From: Amoebidium appalachense
Lineage: Eukaryota; Protista; Ichthyosporea
Direction: 5' to 3'
Assembly (NCBI GenBank): GCA_963693365.1
Contig: CAVNZM010000007.1
Span: 4,833,962 to 4,897,961 of the forward strand
DNA: 64,000 nt
The stretch's first letter is position 1. Every line of letters begins with the position of its first letter. The notes beneath the pieces were generated by a model. It was not told the DNA's origin. It saw nothing but the letters and a program-made list of their open reading frames with translations, and ran no database searches. A program made the translations under genes and the position numbers. Shown here piece by piece: positions 12,881 to 26,600 of this stretch.

Positions 12881-13585
12881 GTTGTCAATACGATACTATA
12901 GATGGCCCTTTTTTGCGCTCAAAATCTATCTCTCCTGATTTCTTTTCAAACAATAATGCTTGTGGAAAATGCAATGTATCAATGGACCTCGTTGAACTTC
13001 TGACTGGCCATGGGCAACCCGCGCTAGTCTTATATAGTCGTGTGTTTCTTTTTCGACCAATCAAAACAGTTAAACGGGCTCATTTGATTGGACAGCTTGT
13101 TGTTTTTTTGTTCACAATTGTGCAAACAATTACCGGCACGCACCTTGTTACAACAGGTGTTACTCTCTTCTCTCTACAAGAAGGAGTTTCGAATTCGAAG
13201 AACAAAGAAAGCAAAAATGTAAATTTATTTTTTATTAAATATTAGGAAATCTAAGTGTCATGGCATGTCCAAACGCAATGGCCGTCATAGTTTCGGGAAC
13301 ATTTCGGAATGTTCGGGATTCTACTTGCTTTTTTCGGGAACCAATCGGTAAATTTCTGGATCTTTCTATTCATTCCTCAGTGCGAATATATAAACTTCAT
13401 CCCAGCAGCCTCACCGCAGTCAAACTTTCGCTTCGGAAACAGTTCGGTTGAGCACCCGAATCAAACAGGGGGCAAACACAAGGAGTCATCGACAGAACCA
13501 TTCAATAAGATATCTTCTCATTGTATACAACAGTCGTCAGAACCAATCATAAAAATATCTTCTCAGTTTATCGTCACCGGCAAGA
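12881..13585. promoter_or_regulatory. Bidirectional promoter with heat-shock elements, CCAAT boxes and two divergent TATA boxes
   Basis: HSE array TTCggGAAcaTTTcgGAAtgTTCggGAT at ~13292-13319, plus TTCggGAA at ~13333 and TTCtgGATctTTC at ~13354. TATATAAA at 13387 (+) and TATATAAG at 13029-13036 (-). CCAAT boxes at ~13057, ~13088 (rev) and ~13341. Confidence 0.75.
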
Positions 13586-14719
13586 ATGGCCGTAGGTGGC
13601 AAAGACTACTATTCGATTCTGGGCGTGCCCAAGGGCTGCTCTGACGAGGATGCGCTCAAAAAGGCCTACCGCAAGCTGGCCATGAAGTGGCACCCCGACA
13701 AGAACGCAAACAACAAGGAGGCCGCCACCCAGAAATTCCAAGAGATCTCCGAGGCATACGACGTGCTCTCGGACCCCAAAAAGAGGCAAATCTACGACAT
13801 GTACGGCGAGGAGGGCCTCAAGGGCGGCATCCCAGACCCCTCCCACAGCTCGGCCGGGCCTTCTGGCTTCCCAAGCGGATTTGGGCCGCAGAGAGGGCCC
13901 AACATGTTCTTCTTCGGCGGCAGTGAGGGCAGCAACGGCGGCAGCTACCACTTCTCGCAGCAGGACGCAGACAACATTTTTGCGCAAATGTTTGGCTGTG
14001 CCGGCGGCTTTGCAGACCTGCTGGGCGGGGCCCAGCCCGGCATGAAACAGCGCAGGGGTCCACGCATGAACATGCGCACGGGCGGCACAAAGTTTGGGGG
14101 GATGGGCAGCCAGCAGCACCCCTTTGACCTGATGGGAGACGACGACGTGCACATGGGCGACGGGTTTGGGGGCGGGCGGAGGGCCAAGAACATGGAGGTG
14201 GTGCACCCCCTCAACTGCACGCTCGAGGAGCTGTATGGGGGCGCAAGAAAGAAGATGAAGATCACACGCACGCTGGAGGACCCGGTGACGGGCCAGGCGC
14301 AGCAGGAGGCCAATATCATGGAGGTCGACGTGCGGGCGGGCTGGAAGGAGGGCACAAAGGTGCGCTTTGACGGCGCGGGTGACGTGCGTGCGCACCAGCC
14401 CCCGCAGGACGTTGTGTTTGTGGTGCGGCAGAAACCTCACCCTGTGTTCACGCGGGCCGGGGACAACCTCCAGTGCAGCGTGACGGTGCCGCTCAAGGAC
14501 GCGCTGCTCGGAAAGGCCGTCAGCGTGCCCACAATCGACGGCCAGCCGCTGCAAACAGTGGCGGGGGCGGTGCTGCAGCCGGGCACGAAGGTGTTTGGGG
14601 GCCGCGGCATGCCCAAAAAGGCCGGCGGCAGGGGGGACCTGGTGGTGGACTTTAAGGTACCGCTGCCGACGAACCTCACCCCGGCACAGAGGCAGAAAAT
14701 AGCTGAGGCACTACCGTAA
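13586..14719 (+). CDS. Intronless class B (type II) J-domain protein/Hsp40, Sis1/DNAJB-like
   Basis: J domain (DYYSILGV…KWHPDKN…[14 protein letters not shown]), G/F and G/M-rich linker and C-terminal domains (CTLEELYGG…[10 protein letters not shown]…GRGMP…RGDLVVDF). No Zn finger. Confidence 0.95.
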   Translation: MAVGGKDYYSILGVPKGCSDEDALKKAYRKLAMKWHPDKNANNKEAATQKFQEISEAYDVLSDPKKRQIYDMYGEEGLKGGIPDPSHSSAGPSGFPSGFGPQRGPNMFFFGGSEGSNGGSYHFSQQDADNIFAQMFGCAGGFADLLGGAQPGMKQRRGPRMNMRTGGTKFGGMGSQQHPFDLMGDDDVHMGDGFGGGRRAKNMEVVHPLNCTLEELYGGARKKMKITRTLEDPVTGQAQQEANIMEVDVRAGWKEGTKVRFDGAGDVRAHQPPQDVVFVVRQKPHPVFTRAGDNLQCSVTVPLKDALLGKAVSVPTIDGQPLQTVAGAVLQPGTKVFGGRGMPKKAGGRGDLVVDFKVPLPTNLTPAQRQKIAEALP

Positions 14720-16181
14720 AATAAGATAGGGTACAAGTAGACAACAGTAGGACGATTGTGTGTACATAAATGTAGATACAACCCCTCATACGTATGAATT
14801 AGGCAACTTCTGATAGTAGTAGCGCAAAATGCTACTCTATTTATAGATAACGTAATACGTCATGAAGCCTTGGTGGCTATGTACATAATTGCAGGAGCTG
14901 GACTCTTGCACAACCATAAAAATAAAAACTTCATTAACTTAAGCTGTCATAATTCATTTGTTTGATGAAATCAGGCTGACCGTTCGATCCCACATTTCGC
15001 ACCGAGGCCTGGCATAATCCCTCCTGCATTTCCTATGGCACTCAATCTGCAGTACTTACCATTTGCCTTCCCTTATTCCTACATAATTTTCTTCCGTGTT
15101 CCCTGCTACCCTCCGTTACTTCCTCCCTTATTCCCTACAAAACTCCCGCGGAGTCTTAAATTTCTCCCCAATTCCGAGTCTATGTATCATCATCCCTCCC
15201 ATATCCCTTCCTACGTCTCTGCCATGTTTTCTCCCATACAGCCCTCCTTACAATACTCTTCCTCCCATACCTCCCTTCCATACTAGTAAATATATTACAC
15301 ACACACACACGAACACACATCCCAACCCACTGTGTGACACAAGTGCATCCTAGATCACACACACACACCATCGCACGTGCGCATACTCATACACTCACAT
15401 ATGCACACACAGTGTAGGAACACCAATCGCCATCGGATAGAATCTGGTGGGAGTCTCATAGCCCCTTCCATGTTCCCTCAAAAGTACGTGCCCTAACATG
15501 AGTATTCCCAACCATCTGATGGGTCATCTTCCTTCTCATATCATCCCCAAAACCATATCTTCATTACCTCAATTATTGCTGTGCATAGGATACCACAAGG
15601 TATGATAGGGGAATGAGAATAGCCTCCCCCCCCCCCCCCACCCCACCCCCACCCTCTCCCCCTCCCTCCCTAATATATTTACAGCAGCTGTGGTTTTTAT
15701 GTGCTTTTTCACGCACTTTGTTATGTTTTTTTTTTATGTGCTTTTTTATGTGCTTTCAGTGTTATGTGCTTTGTTCTGTGCTTTGTTTTGTGCTTTGCTT
15801 TGAAGTTGTGCCCTTTCTTCAATGAAGCCCGGCCAACTTGAACAACTTGACATCCGGAGTTGTGCCTCTGATATTTCGCGCCAAAACCTTTCACACACCA
15901 ATCAGTTTGCGCTTTGCTTGATTATACAATTACGTATTCGAGGTGAGCCACCCTCCCTCTCTCTATTGTATATCTCTCCCTCCCTCCATGGCCAGGGCCT
16001 CCCTCGAGCTCCCTCCCTCCCTCCCTCCCTCCCTACCTACCTCCCTCTCTCCCTAAATTCCTCCCTCCCTCCCTCCCTCCCTCCCTCCCTCCCTCCCTCC
16101 CTCCCTACCTACCTACCTACCTACCTCCCTCTCTCCCTAAATCCCTCCCTCCCTAAATCCCTCCCTCCCTCCCTCCCTCCT

Positions 16182-16320
<139 letters not shown>

Positions 16321-17022
16321 CCTCTCCCTTTCTCTCTCCCTCCGGGCCTCTCTTTCTCTCTCCCTCTCCCTGTCCCCCTCCCCCTCCCTCTCCCTCTCCC
16401 TCTGGACCCCGCGGCCGGGAGAAGCATACATACGTATCAGATAGCCCAGGGCTAAATACAATGCTTTTTGCTAGCTCTTCTTGCACAGTGATGTATATGA
16501 CGTGACATTATCAGAGAGAGGACTGTGACGGAGGAAAGAGCGAGAACAAAAAATTTACCGACGAAAAAGCTCCGGAAAAGATGGAATGGGAATGGGGCGG
16601 GGAACTCGAGCCATAATAGTTATAGCCAAAACACCGTCCCTCTCTCTAGTCGTGGAGCGCGAGCTCCTCTTCCTCGACGTGGTTGAGTTTGGGGAGTTGG
16701 ATATGAAATGTGTGTTAAATGTTGACGAAAAATCAAGATGTGGGTATGCGCGGCCGGGTCAAAGTGTAGTAAGTAGGATTCTCCGATGGGGGGAGGGGGG
16801 GAGGGGGGGGGGGGGGGGGGGGGCTGAGGGGGTGCGCGGGGGGGGGGGGGGGGGGGGGGGGGGTCCAGAATGGCCCGAAGCCGTTTAGAGATTTTCGTAA
16901 GTATTTGCCCGTTTTTTTTATCATGCCGAAATGGAATGATATTGTTTGAAATGAAACGAGAGCACTGGTGAACACACACAGACAGTGCAGCCTGCTTGGA
17001 ATGTCCTAGATAATGACAGATA

Positions 17023-17571
17023 CCGTCCACCATTAAGAATACCCGCCAATAAGAATACGCTAGCGGCCAAGTCCGCTTTTTTTTTAGAATATGCACCGCA
17101 GCCAGATTTTGGGATATTCTTAATGGCGGACTGACCGCATAAACTTTGCTGGATCAGGCATACTCATGCCCCCCCCCCCCCCCCCCCTCCCCCCCCCCCC
17201 CCCCCCCCTTCTTCCCCTCTCTCTCTCTCTCTCTCTCTCTCTCCCCCCCCCCCCCTCAACACACACGCATATGTACCCCAACCCTCCCCTCCCCATGTCT
17301 CCCCCCCCCGTCCCCCCCCCCCCCCCCCCCTCTCCCCCCTCTCCCCCCCCCCTCCCCCCCCGCCCCCCGGGGGTCCCGTGTCATTTAAGAATATGATAGC
17401 GGCCATGCAAAAACTTTAAGAATAGTGTACTGTCGGTGCTGTGTGGTAGACGGTAGTTTCCCTAGAGGTCCTGAAAAGGCCCTCCGGGAACAAAACCTGA
17501 TAAAATAAAATAAAATAATAAAAAAATGCCCCGCGAACACGTTTTTTGGGGGGGTTCTTAATGGCGGACGG
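17023..17571. mobile_element. Putative MITE (non-autonomous DNA transposon) with ~20 bp TIRs
   Basis: Left end TA|CCGTCCACCATTAAGAA and right end TTCTTAATGGCGGACGG|CA. A third internal partial copy (TTCTTAATGGCGGAC) lies at ~17117. No coding capacity. Confidence 0.6.
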
Positions 17572-17816
17572 CATCTGAATATAAGAGCCTCTATGATAAT
17601 ATTATCTTAGCTTTTTGTTTTTGGACGGCGGGGAGGGGGGGGGGGGGGGGAAGGGGGGTGGGGGGATGGGAGGGAGAGGGGGACGGGCGTGGGGGGGGGG
17701 GGGGAGGGGGGGGGGGGGGGGGGGCGGGCGAGGAGGAAGAGATTGTTGATATGGATGTATTCAGTGGTTGACAGAAAATGTCCAACCTAATGATTGAAGG
17801 AGGCATGAACAGGCCG

Positions 17817-17898
<82 letters not shown>

Positions 17899-17916
17899 GT
17901 GTGTGTGTTTGTGTGT

Positions 17917-17958
<42 letters not shown>

Positions 17959-19039
17959 AAGGTGGAGGAGCCAAGAGGGTTGTGTTTGTTATAGATTGAC
18001 GGGACCGGAAAATGCAAAAGAGACAGGTGATATGAGCATCCGCATGTGCATGCATACATTTGGTTGTTGTTACATTTGTCTCTCTACGGTATGCCCTCTC
18101 CTTAATTGTTCTGTTTCTGATTTTAATCAAGTTGAGCTGGAGCAGTATTGGCGTTGCAAGCCTTGTAATATGCTTTCTATGCATTGAAATGAAACAGCTT
18201 TTAGATTTTCCAAATTTTGGGTACGTCCAACATTCACAACTAACTGCCTCGTCTTGCTTAAAGAAAACACCACCATCTTAATACTATGCCATATGCAAGC
18301 ATCTTTAACCCTCTTTTTTGCGCAAACAGGGTGTTGGTGGTTCCCTAGACACCTGGTCGTACCTCACCGATGCCCTCCCAGACATTTCCCCACATCCGGC
18401 CCCTAATGCCACATCTCCCCAGGAACATGGTATTCTCCCCCCCCCTCCCCCCCCCCCCCCCTCCTAACCTCCTTCCCCTCCACTTTCCCCCAGCCCCCTT
18501 CCCCCTTCCCACCTTCCCTTCCATTTTCTGCTTCTTTCTGGTATGGGAACTACTGTTGGACACACACTATACACATGCCCCCTTCATCTTCTTGTACACA
18601 GCTCGATACTAGTGTTAATCGTTTCAACTTGCATCCCCCTCCTCCGGCCTCCTCCTCCTCCCCCCCCCTCTCCCCCTCCTCCCGATGCTCTTTGTCTCGA
18701 CACACACATTGTAAGACACCCCCCTCACCCTCCGCCCACCCAACCGTCCCCCCCCCCCCTCTCCTCTCACCTAGATAGTGCACGCACATCCCCTCCCCGT
18801 TTTCTTTCTCAACCTCGCCTACCACACACCCACACTCCTCTCACCCACTTACCACCCCACCCATGCAGATGGTGACCCGGCACCCCCCACCACTCTATCG
18901 TCTTCGATCCGACGTGAAATTGATCTCAGCATTTTGGACTCCACACAGAGAGCGGCCTTGGAGATGGCTTTGGCAGGCCAGAACCTATTTATAACAGGTA
19001 CAGTTTGGGACACACATCCCCCCCCCTCCCCCCTCCCCC

Positions 19040-19152
19040 CATGTTGCATACCGAGCGCCTTGCTGATGTTGTATACTTTAATGTTTGCCTTCCCATGTGT
19101 CCTGCACAGTGTTTCTCGTCGTGTAGTTGTACTTCATACTGTGTTCCTAATC
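19040..19152 (+). mobile_element. Poly-C-associated dispersed repeat, subfamily B copy (Pif1 intron)
   Basis: Reverse complement of the copies at 32495 and 54133 (TTGCTGATGTTG…ATGTTTGCCTT…TGTCCTGCAC…GTACTTC…). C-runs on both sides. Confidence 0.7.
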
Positions 19153-20011
19153 CCCCCCCCCCCCCCCCCCCCCCCCCCGAACCCTTGCATATGATACTTA
19201 AGGCCCTCCTGTTCCCTGACCTGTACACATACACCCGTTGCACCCATTGCAGACACAACGTGAAACTCAGATATCTGGTATAGTGTTAACTGTCCATTGC
19301 CAAAGGGGCCCTTTTTGGGGGGAGGGGGGGGGGGGGGAGAGGGGGAGGGAGGGGAGGAAGGAGGCGCGGGGGAGGGGAAGGGAGGGATAGGTAGTCACTG
19401 CTTACGTGCTCCCCCCCCCTTTCCCCCACCCCCCAAAAAAATTGTTTTAGAAGACGTTCACTGAAAAAAAGGTTGGCTTGTATGACACGAGCATTGTGTC
19501 TTTTGCCCTCTTCCTTTTGTGCATGTGCACACACACACACACGGTTCTTGGCGACTCTGTTTCTGTTACACACTTCAATGCGAATTCCTGGTGCAACAGC
19601 ACACCCGTGCATAAACCCCCACCACGCACCTGCGCTCACAAAAACCTGGGGCAGCTACCAATTCAACCGCGCGTGTACATATGCTAACACAACACACGTG
19701 CTAACCAACACACGTGCTAACGCAACACACGTGTGCACGTGCATGTGTTTTATATGCGGGTTGCCGGGACGGGCAAATCCCTTCTTCTGCGTGCACTGGT
19801 GCAGGAGCTTAGACGGCACAGGGAGGTGGCGGTGGTTGCATCCATAGGCATACCAGCAGAGGCAGTGGGGGGCACAACAATACATAGCTACTGCGGCATA
19901 GGAGGTGTGTGTGTGCGGGGGGAGGGGAGGCGGGGAGGGGATGGGGGGGAGGGGGGGAGGTGAGGGAAGGAGGGTGCTGGTTGTGGGGGAGGGGAGAGGG
20001 GAATGGTGTGA

Positions 20012-20106
<95 letters not shown>

Positions 20107-20131
20107 GACATGTGTATGTGTGTGTGTGCCG

Positions 20132-20314
<183 letters not shown>

Positions 20315-21298
20315 GTCGGTGTGTGTATGTGCCCATATGTGTGCAAGCGTCCGTGTGTGAATTGCATTTGTGTCAATGTGTATGTGTGCTTGTGTGTTTA
20401 CGCTCGTGTGTGTGTGTGCGTGTGCACCAACATCATACGTGTATGTGTGTTTGTGTATATTTAGTGTAGGGCACTCGTGCTTCTCCTGAAGCATGTTGGG
20501 AAGGGAGGATGAGGGGAACAATCCCAAATCCCCCCTCCCCCCCTCCCCCCCCCCCCCCCCCCCCCCCCATGCTCCCCTTTTCCCCGTCTTGAAGTTTTGG
20601 CTGTTGACCTTGTTTCTCTATTCCCCTGCTCAACTCTGCAGTGCCACGGGAGTACAAGTCCTTTGAGAAGATGTGGGCCAAGAGGGACAGAATCAGGTCT
20701 CTGGATGTCTTGGTTGTGAACGAGGTAGACCCCCTCTCCCCCCCTCCTCCCCCCCCCCACACACACATCCTGTATTTATCCTCCTCTCCCCTCACACGCT
20801 AATATTCTATCCTCTTCTCCCCCGGAGCCTACCACACACCACCCCAAAGATCCTTTTCTCGTTTCTCTTTTACCATCACGTCTTAGCTGTCACCTTTCTT
20901 CACCCCCCCAATCTCTCCTCCCCCCCCCCCCCCCGGGCCCCGGCAATAAGAACATGCCTATCCACACCCCAACTCCCTCCCCCCCCCCCCCCCCCCCCCC
21001 GCGTGCCGGTGTAATGCATCACATATTCGTTTCACCTATGAGCCGCATTCAAGGGCTAGGCTTCAGATAGCACCTCACCCTTCACTATGTCTGAGCGTGA
21101 CCTTTGTTCGGTCCATCGCAGATTCTATGCTGTCAGGGGAGCTTTTTTTGATTTTCTGGAAGGTTGGTGTATAACCCCTGCCCCTCCCCCCCCCTCCCCC
21201 TCCCCCCCCCCCCCCTTCCCCCGCTCTGGCCCCCCGTGCCCCCCAGCCCCCATCTCACCCTCCATCATCTCCCATTTATCGATTCATTACTCTTGGTG

Positions 21299-21344
<46 letters not shown>

Positions 21345-22370
21345 ATCATCACCCCCCCCCCCAGGATGTTGAGACCCTCCTACAGGGCAGCATGCGGCCA
21401 CTACCTGAGCAGAACGGAGTCAAGCCCACCATGCTACAGCCAACATGATCAAAGTATCTTCCCCCCCCCCCCCCCCCCCCTCTCCCCCCTTCTCGCCCCT
21501 CTCCTCTTCCCCCTTCCCCTCCCCCCTCTCCTCCCCCCTCCCCTCCCCCTGCCCCCTCCTCCCCCACCGTCCTTCCACAAAGGCATACACACAGGTGCGC
21601 GCGCACCCGTTGGTACGCACGCACGCTCACACGCACAGAGTTTCTCCCCGCCATCTACAAGACCTATACTTCTCCTCTATTTCGTTTTCCGGCCCTTGTG
21701 TTTGTAATCGAGGCTCAGATACCCACATCCCCTGCCGTCAATGTTCGTTCAAAGTTTTCTGATATTGCTGGGAGCCTAGATTCTGAGGGTAAAAACAAGA
21801 TTGCAGTGAAAATATTGTCGTCCGCTTGCCCAGTGATGTGTGTTGGGGGTTTGTCTTTGTATCCTGTTGTGTTTCTTTTTGTTTTCATGGTATGTGTGGG
21901 GATGTGTGTGTGCATAGTGACTGTGCTTATTTATGTATCGATAGTGTGTGTGTGTATATAAGCTTTGTGCGAGTTGGGATGTGTGTGTGCTTACGTGAGC
22001 GCGCGTGGGATGAATGATGTGTGTGTATCTGCATGTGGGTTATGCATGCATGCGTTACAAGTGCATGTTTTTTTGACATGTCTGTGTGCACGTGCGCTCT
22101 GAACACAGGGATATGTGTGTGCCTATGCATGTACATCCTTTTGAATGGTAGAATCCCATTCCCACACACCCCCTAACTGTGTGTAGTGTAAACAAGGAAA
22201 ACGAAAAGGAACTCGCAAAGCTGCCGGGGGAAGAGCACATCTACGAAAGGTTGGCAGCCCCCCCCCCCCCCCCCCCCCCCCCGGCCCCCGCCTTCCCTTC
22301 TCCCCTTGGCGCCCTCCTCTTTTCCCATCATATTCTCAACCCCCCGTCGCATAAAAGCATGTGCGGCAGG

Positions 22371-22417
<47 letters not shown>

Positions 22418-22584
22418 GTGAGACGTGTGAATCTAAAACAGTAATAAAAAAAAGGAATTGCACGGAGACGGCTAGGGTACTCCTGATTTCCTTTTCTTTT
22501 ACACCTTATTCTTCCCTTTTTTTTTATTTATTTGTTCTTCTTTTTCGTTTTTGTTTTTTTTTTTTTCGGAAGAGGAGGAGAGGG

Positions 22585-22630
<46 letters not shown>

Positions 22631-22736
22631 ACTAAGGCTAATAGTAGAATGCTGGCTGCAGTGTGGACCAGCAGCAGCCAGACGCACCACAGACACGAGC
22701 AGAGGTATCTGCACCATGCAACACCTACCCCCTCTC

Positions 22737-22784
<48 letters not shown>

Positions 22785-22820
22785 CCTTTTATGTGGCCTG
22801 CCGTCCAATGTGTGTGTGTG

Positions 22821-22913
<93 letters not shown>

Positions 22914-23399
22914 ATGTGCGTGTGTAACTGTGTCTGCGTGCGTTTATGTGCATGTGTGGGTGTGATTGTGTCGTACGTGTGTGTATGTTTGCGTATGTGA
23001 TTACTTGTGCGTGGGTGCGTGCCTGTATGCACGTGCTTGTGCATGCGTGTGTGCATGCCTCCATTTGTCTGTCCTACAAGTCCACTTACATGTTTGTGTT
23101 TTAACTCCCTCTGCCAGCTCAAGGAACATGGCGAAACATTCTACAAGAGCTGCCGTGCAGCCGACCAATGCATTCTGAAGGAGGGCGCCTAGGTCATGGT
23201 GGGTGCAGAGAATATATTACCCTACAGATACGAGTGTGTGTGTGTGTGAGGCTCTAGGGCAGCGGGGGATTGGGAGGAGCGGGAGGGAAAGATAATGTGT
23301 GTATGTGTGGGTGGGTGGGTGGGTGGGTGGGTGGGTGGGGAGCAGGGAGGGAAGGGAGTATGTCGGTGTGTGGGTGGGTTAGTGGGTGGAAATAAGTGG

Positions 23400-23450
<51 letters not shown>

Positions 23451-23815
23451 TGCGCTCAGGGGGCGCGTGTGTGTAAGCAAAATGATTGGCTAAGCCCAGA
23501 CAGACCACGTTGATTGGTAATCAGAAAATCGGCTCTATACACACCACACGCCCAACCCCTTAGGCCACATATAGTCAACTATTGACCACACGTTGGGCCA
23601 AAGTATGTTCCAAATTTAGCACTGACGAGTCCCCACTTGCCTATTTATAGCTGCTGTGCAACCTTGATCTGCGGTCTGAGGGCAGCTATCTGGTCAATGG
23701 GTCTAGGGGGGTGGTTGTGGGTTGTTCCAGAGCTCAACTTTGGTCAAAGAACTGGAGGTCTGTGTTCCAGTTCTGCCCCCCCCCCCCCCCCCCCCCTCCC
23801 CCCTCTCCCCCCTCC

Positions 23816-23847
<32 letters not shown>

Positions 23848-24671
23848 CCAGCAACCTGAGTCCTCTGCCCCTCCTTCAGACCCGCCCCCTCCCCCCCTCC
23901 CCCCCTCCCCCCCCCCCCAAGTCCCCTTCCCCCCCCTCCATCCCCCCCCCCCCCCCACCCCCTCCGACACACACAGACACAGACACGCAGCATGGCTTGC
24001 CCGATCTGCCTGCCTGTCACCCCACCCTCCACTCACAAGCACACACGACTGCATATTAAGATCTTTCTTCGGCCTATTTAACCCCTCCTCGCGTCACCTT
24101 CTCTTCCCTTTTCTCTTTGGGTCGTTCTCCTGGACAGGATGAACGTCACATGAAGACCATCTCTCTCCGTCTCTTCTCCCCCCCCCCCCTCCCCCTCCCC
24201 CTCCCCTCCCTCCCCCCCCCCCCCCCTCTTCCCTCTCTCTCTCCCATCCACCCTGCCCACACTCCCCCCCCCCCCCCCCCCCCCCGTTATATTCTATCTT
24301 ACATGGTTGGTCTCAGATAGCTCCTAGGTTAAATGATTCACTAAAATTCCGCGCATCATCCACGGGAATTTTGGTATATCTTTCAGGGAAACCAATATAT
24401 TGAGCTCGCTCTGTATTCGGAGCGACGTATGTGTAGAGCAAGCCATTTCTGAAATTCTTGTTATGGTTGTCTCAAGCCTACGGACATATAAATCTACATT
24501 GTTCTAACATAGTAATACAGCCAGAAAACAATACCCCAAGTGTGTTTTCTGGGGCTGGCAATATTCTACTATAGTTGCACATTACTACTTGTGAACATTG
24601 AGTGTTGAATGCACAGTGTTGCTAACACATATAGGACCCGCCCCATAATATGTCTTGTAGGGATCCGGGAG

Positions 24672-24707
<36 letters not shown>

Positions 24708-25331
24708 TTCCCACACAGACACATGTTTTAGGCAATCGGTGTTAGCCCACATTCTTTCTGTCACCATGCATACCACACATACCACACATTCATACCGCAC
24801 ATACCGTACATACCACACATTAAAGATACCCATACCCTCGCTTACCCGGCAGGACCCGAGCAGGTCAGCAAACTAGACAGGGATCTTATTCGAAAACTCT
24901 GTATGCCCCCCCCCCCCCCCCCCCCCCCCCCCTCCCCCCCCTCCCTCCCTCCCTCCCTCCCCCCGTTCCCTGCCTTTTCCCATGCCCCCTCCCCCTTCCC
25001 CATTCCCCCTACCCTCCCTCTCCCCCCTCCCCCTGCCCCCCCTTCCACTGATCATCCCCCTATTTGCCACCAAATCCCCTTCAAACTCTGAATGCTCTTC
25101 TCTCCTCTCCTACTTTGCAATGCCTTGCTACCCGTACTGTCCCCGTTATTTGCTTTTATCTCTCCCTTTAATTGCTCTGATTGATTTACGGTGGCAAAAT
25201 ATCCCCCCCCCCCCCCCCCCCCCCTCCCCCCCTCCAATCCCCTTCCCCCCTCCCCCTCTCTCCCTCCTTTCAACACACACACACACACATCCACCTAACT
25301 CCCAGTGCGTCCATACCTCCCCCCTCCCCCC

Positions 25332-25383
<52 letters not shown>

Positions 25384-25814
25384 ACACACACATACACACA
25401 CACCTCCCGCCTTTCCCCCCCTCTCCTTTCTTCCCGAGTATTCTCTTTATCCCACACACCCCTGCCTCCCCCCCTCCCCGCTTCCCTTCCCCAGGAGGTC
25501 CTTACACACACCACCTTCCTTCCTTTGACTCTTAAGTTCCTGCACACCAACATTATAGCGCTGTTTTCCAATTATCAACCATGCAAAGCCCCTCCCTTAT
25601 TATTTCCATTAACAGCCACCCATGCTTAGCATGTTTGTGTTTGCCCCTTGTATGCTATGTGGTCTGGTGGTTTCCATGTGGGTTATGTTGTGCGCATGTA
25701 TGAGCTTCTATTGGCCATGTGTGTGTGCTTCGGGTGCTCACATACATATGTACACACATACAAGCACGCGCGCCGTGACACACACACAAGCACATGTGCA
25801 TCCAAACGCAGTGG

Positions 25815-25886
<72 letters not shown>

Positions 25887-26392
25887 GGCCCAGAACCCGT
25901 CCATCCTGCCCAAGGTTCGCTTCCAAAATGGTCGAGAAATGATCATTGCTCCCTACTGCTTCAGGATTGAGGTTCACCTTTCCCCCCCTCCCCCCCCCCC
26001 CCTCCCCCTTCCCCCCTCCCCCCCTCCCCCCTCCCCCCTGCCCCCCGCGCACCCACCCTTGCCCGTCTCTACCATCACTGATAACCTCCACGCACTGGCA
26101 AGCGATTTCATAGGCATAATAAAACACTCTTGTAGTCGTTTATTCATTGTAGGATTCCCCCCCCCCCCCCCCCCCCACCACCACCACCACCACCACCATC
26201 CCCCCTCCCCCCCCCCCCCCCCCCCCCCCACCACTTTTTTTTTTTTTTTTTTTTTTTTTGCCGCTTAATCTAATGGTTCTTGTCGACATTGCCGTGGTTG
26301 AGTGAGTGGATACCCCGAGCGTGATGAAAAACCAGACCCTTGTTCTGACAACAAACATTGTGCCGCCATGCCGTCAGAGTGATTGTCTGTAT

Positions 26393-26600
26393 GTGTGTGC
26401 CGCATGTATGTGGTGTGTGTGTGTGCCGCATGTATGTGTGTGTGTGTGCCGCATGTATGTGTGTGTGTGTGCCGCATGTATGTGTGTGTGTGTGCCGCAT
26501 GTATGTGTGTGTGTGTGCCGCATGTATGTGTGTGTGTGTGCCGCATGTATGTGTGTGTGTGTGCCGCATGTATGTGTGTGTGTGTGCCGCATGTATGTGT
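26393..26600. repeat. Minisatellite, ~21 bp unit GTGTGTGTGTGTGCCGCATGTAT, ~9 copies (Pif1 intron)
   Basis: Direct tandem repeats visible. Confidence 0.9.

Noticed and set aside
13574-14554. 326-aa antisense ORF overlapping DnaJ
   Set aside because: It is a shadow ORF caused by GC-rich codon usage of the sense gene and has no recognisable domain.
16586-18026. Possible 5' exons of Pif1 (16586-16768, ~17778-17818, ~17995-18026)
   Set aside because: Donor-like sites exist, but I found no recognisable homology or consistent phase chain, so they were not annotated.
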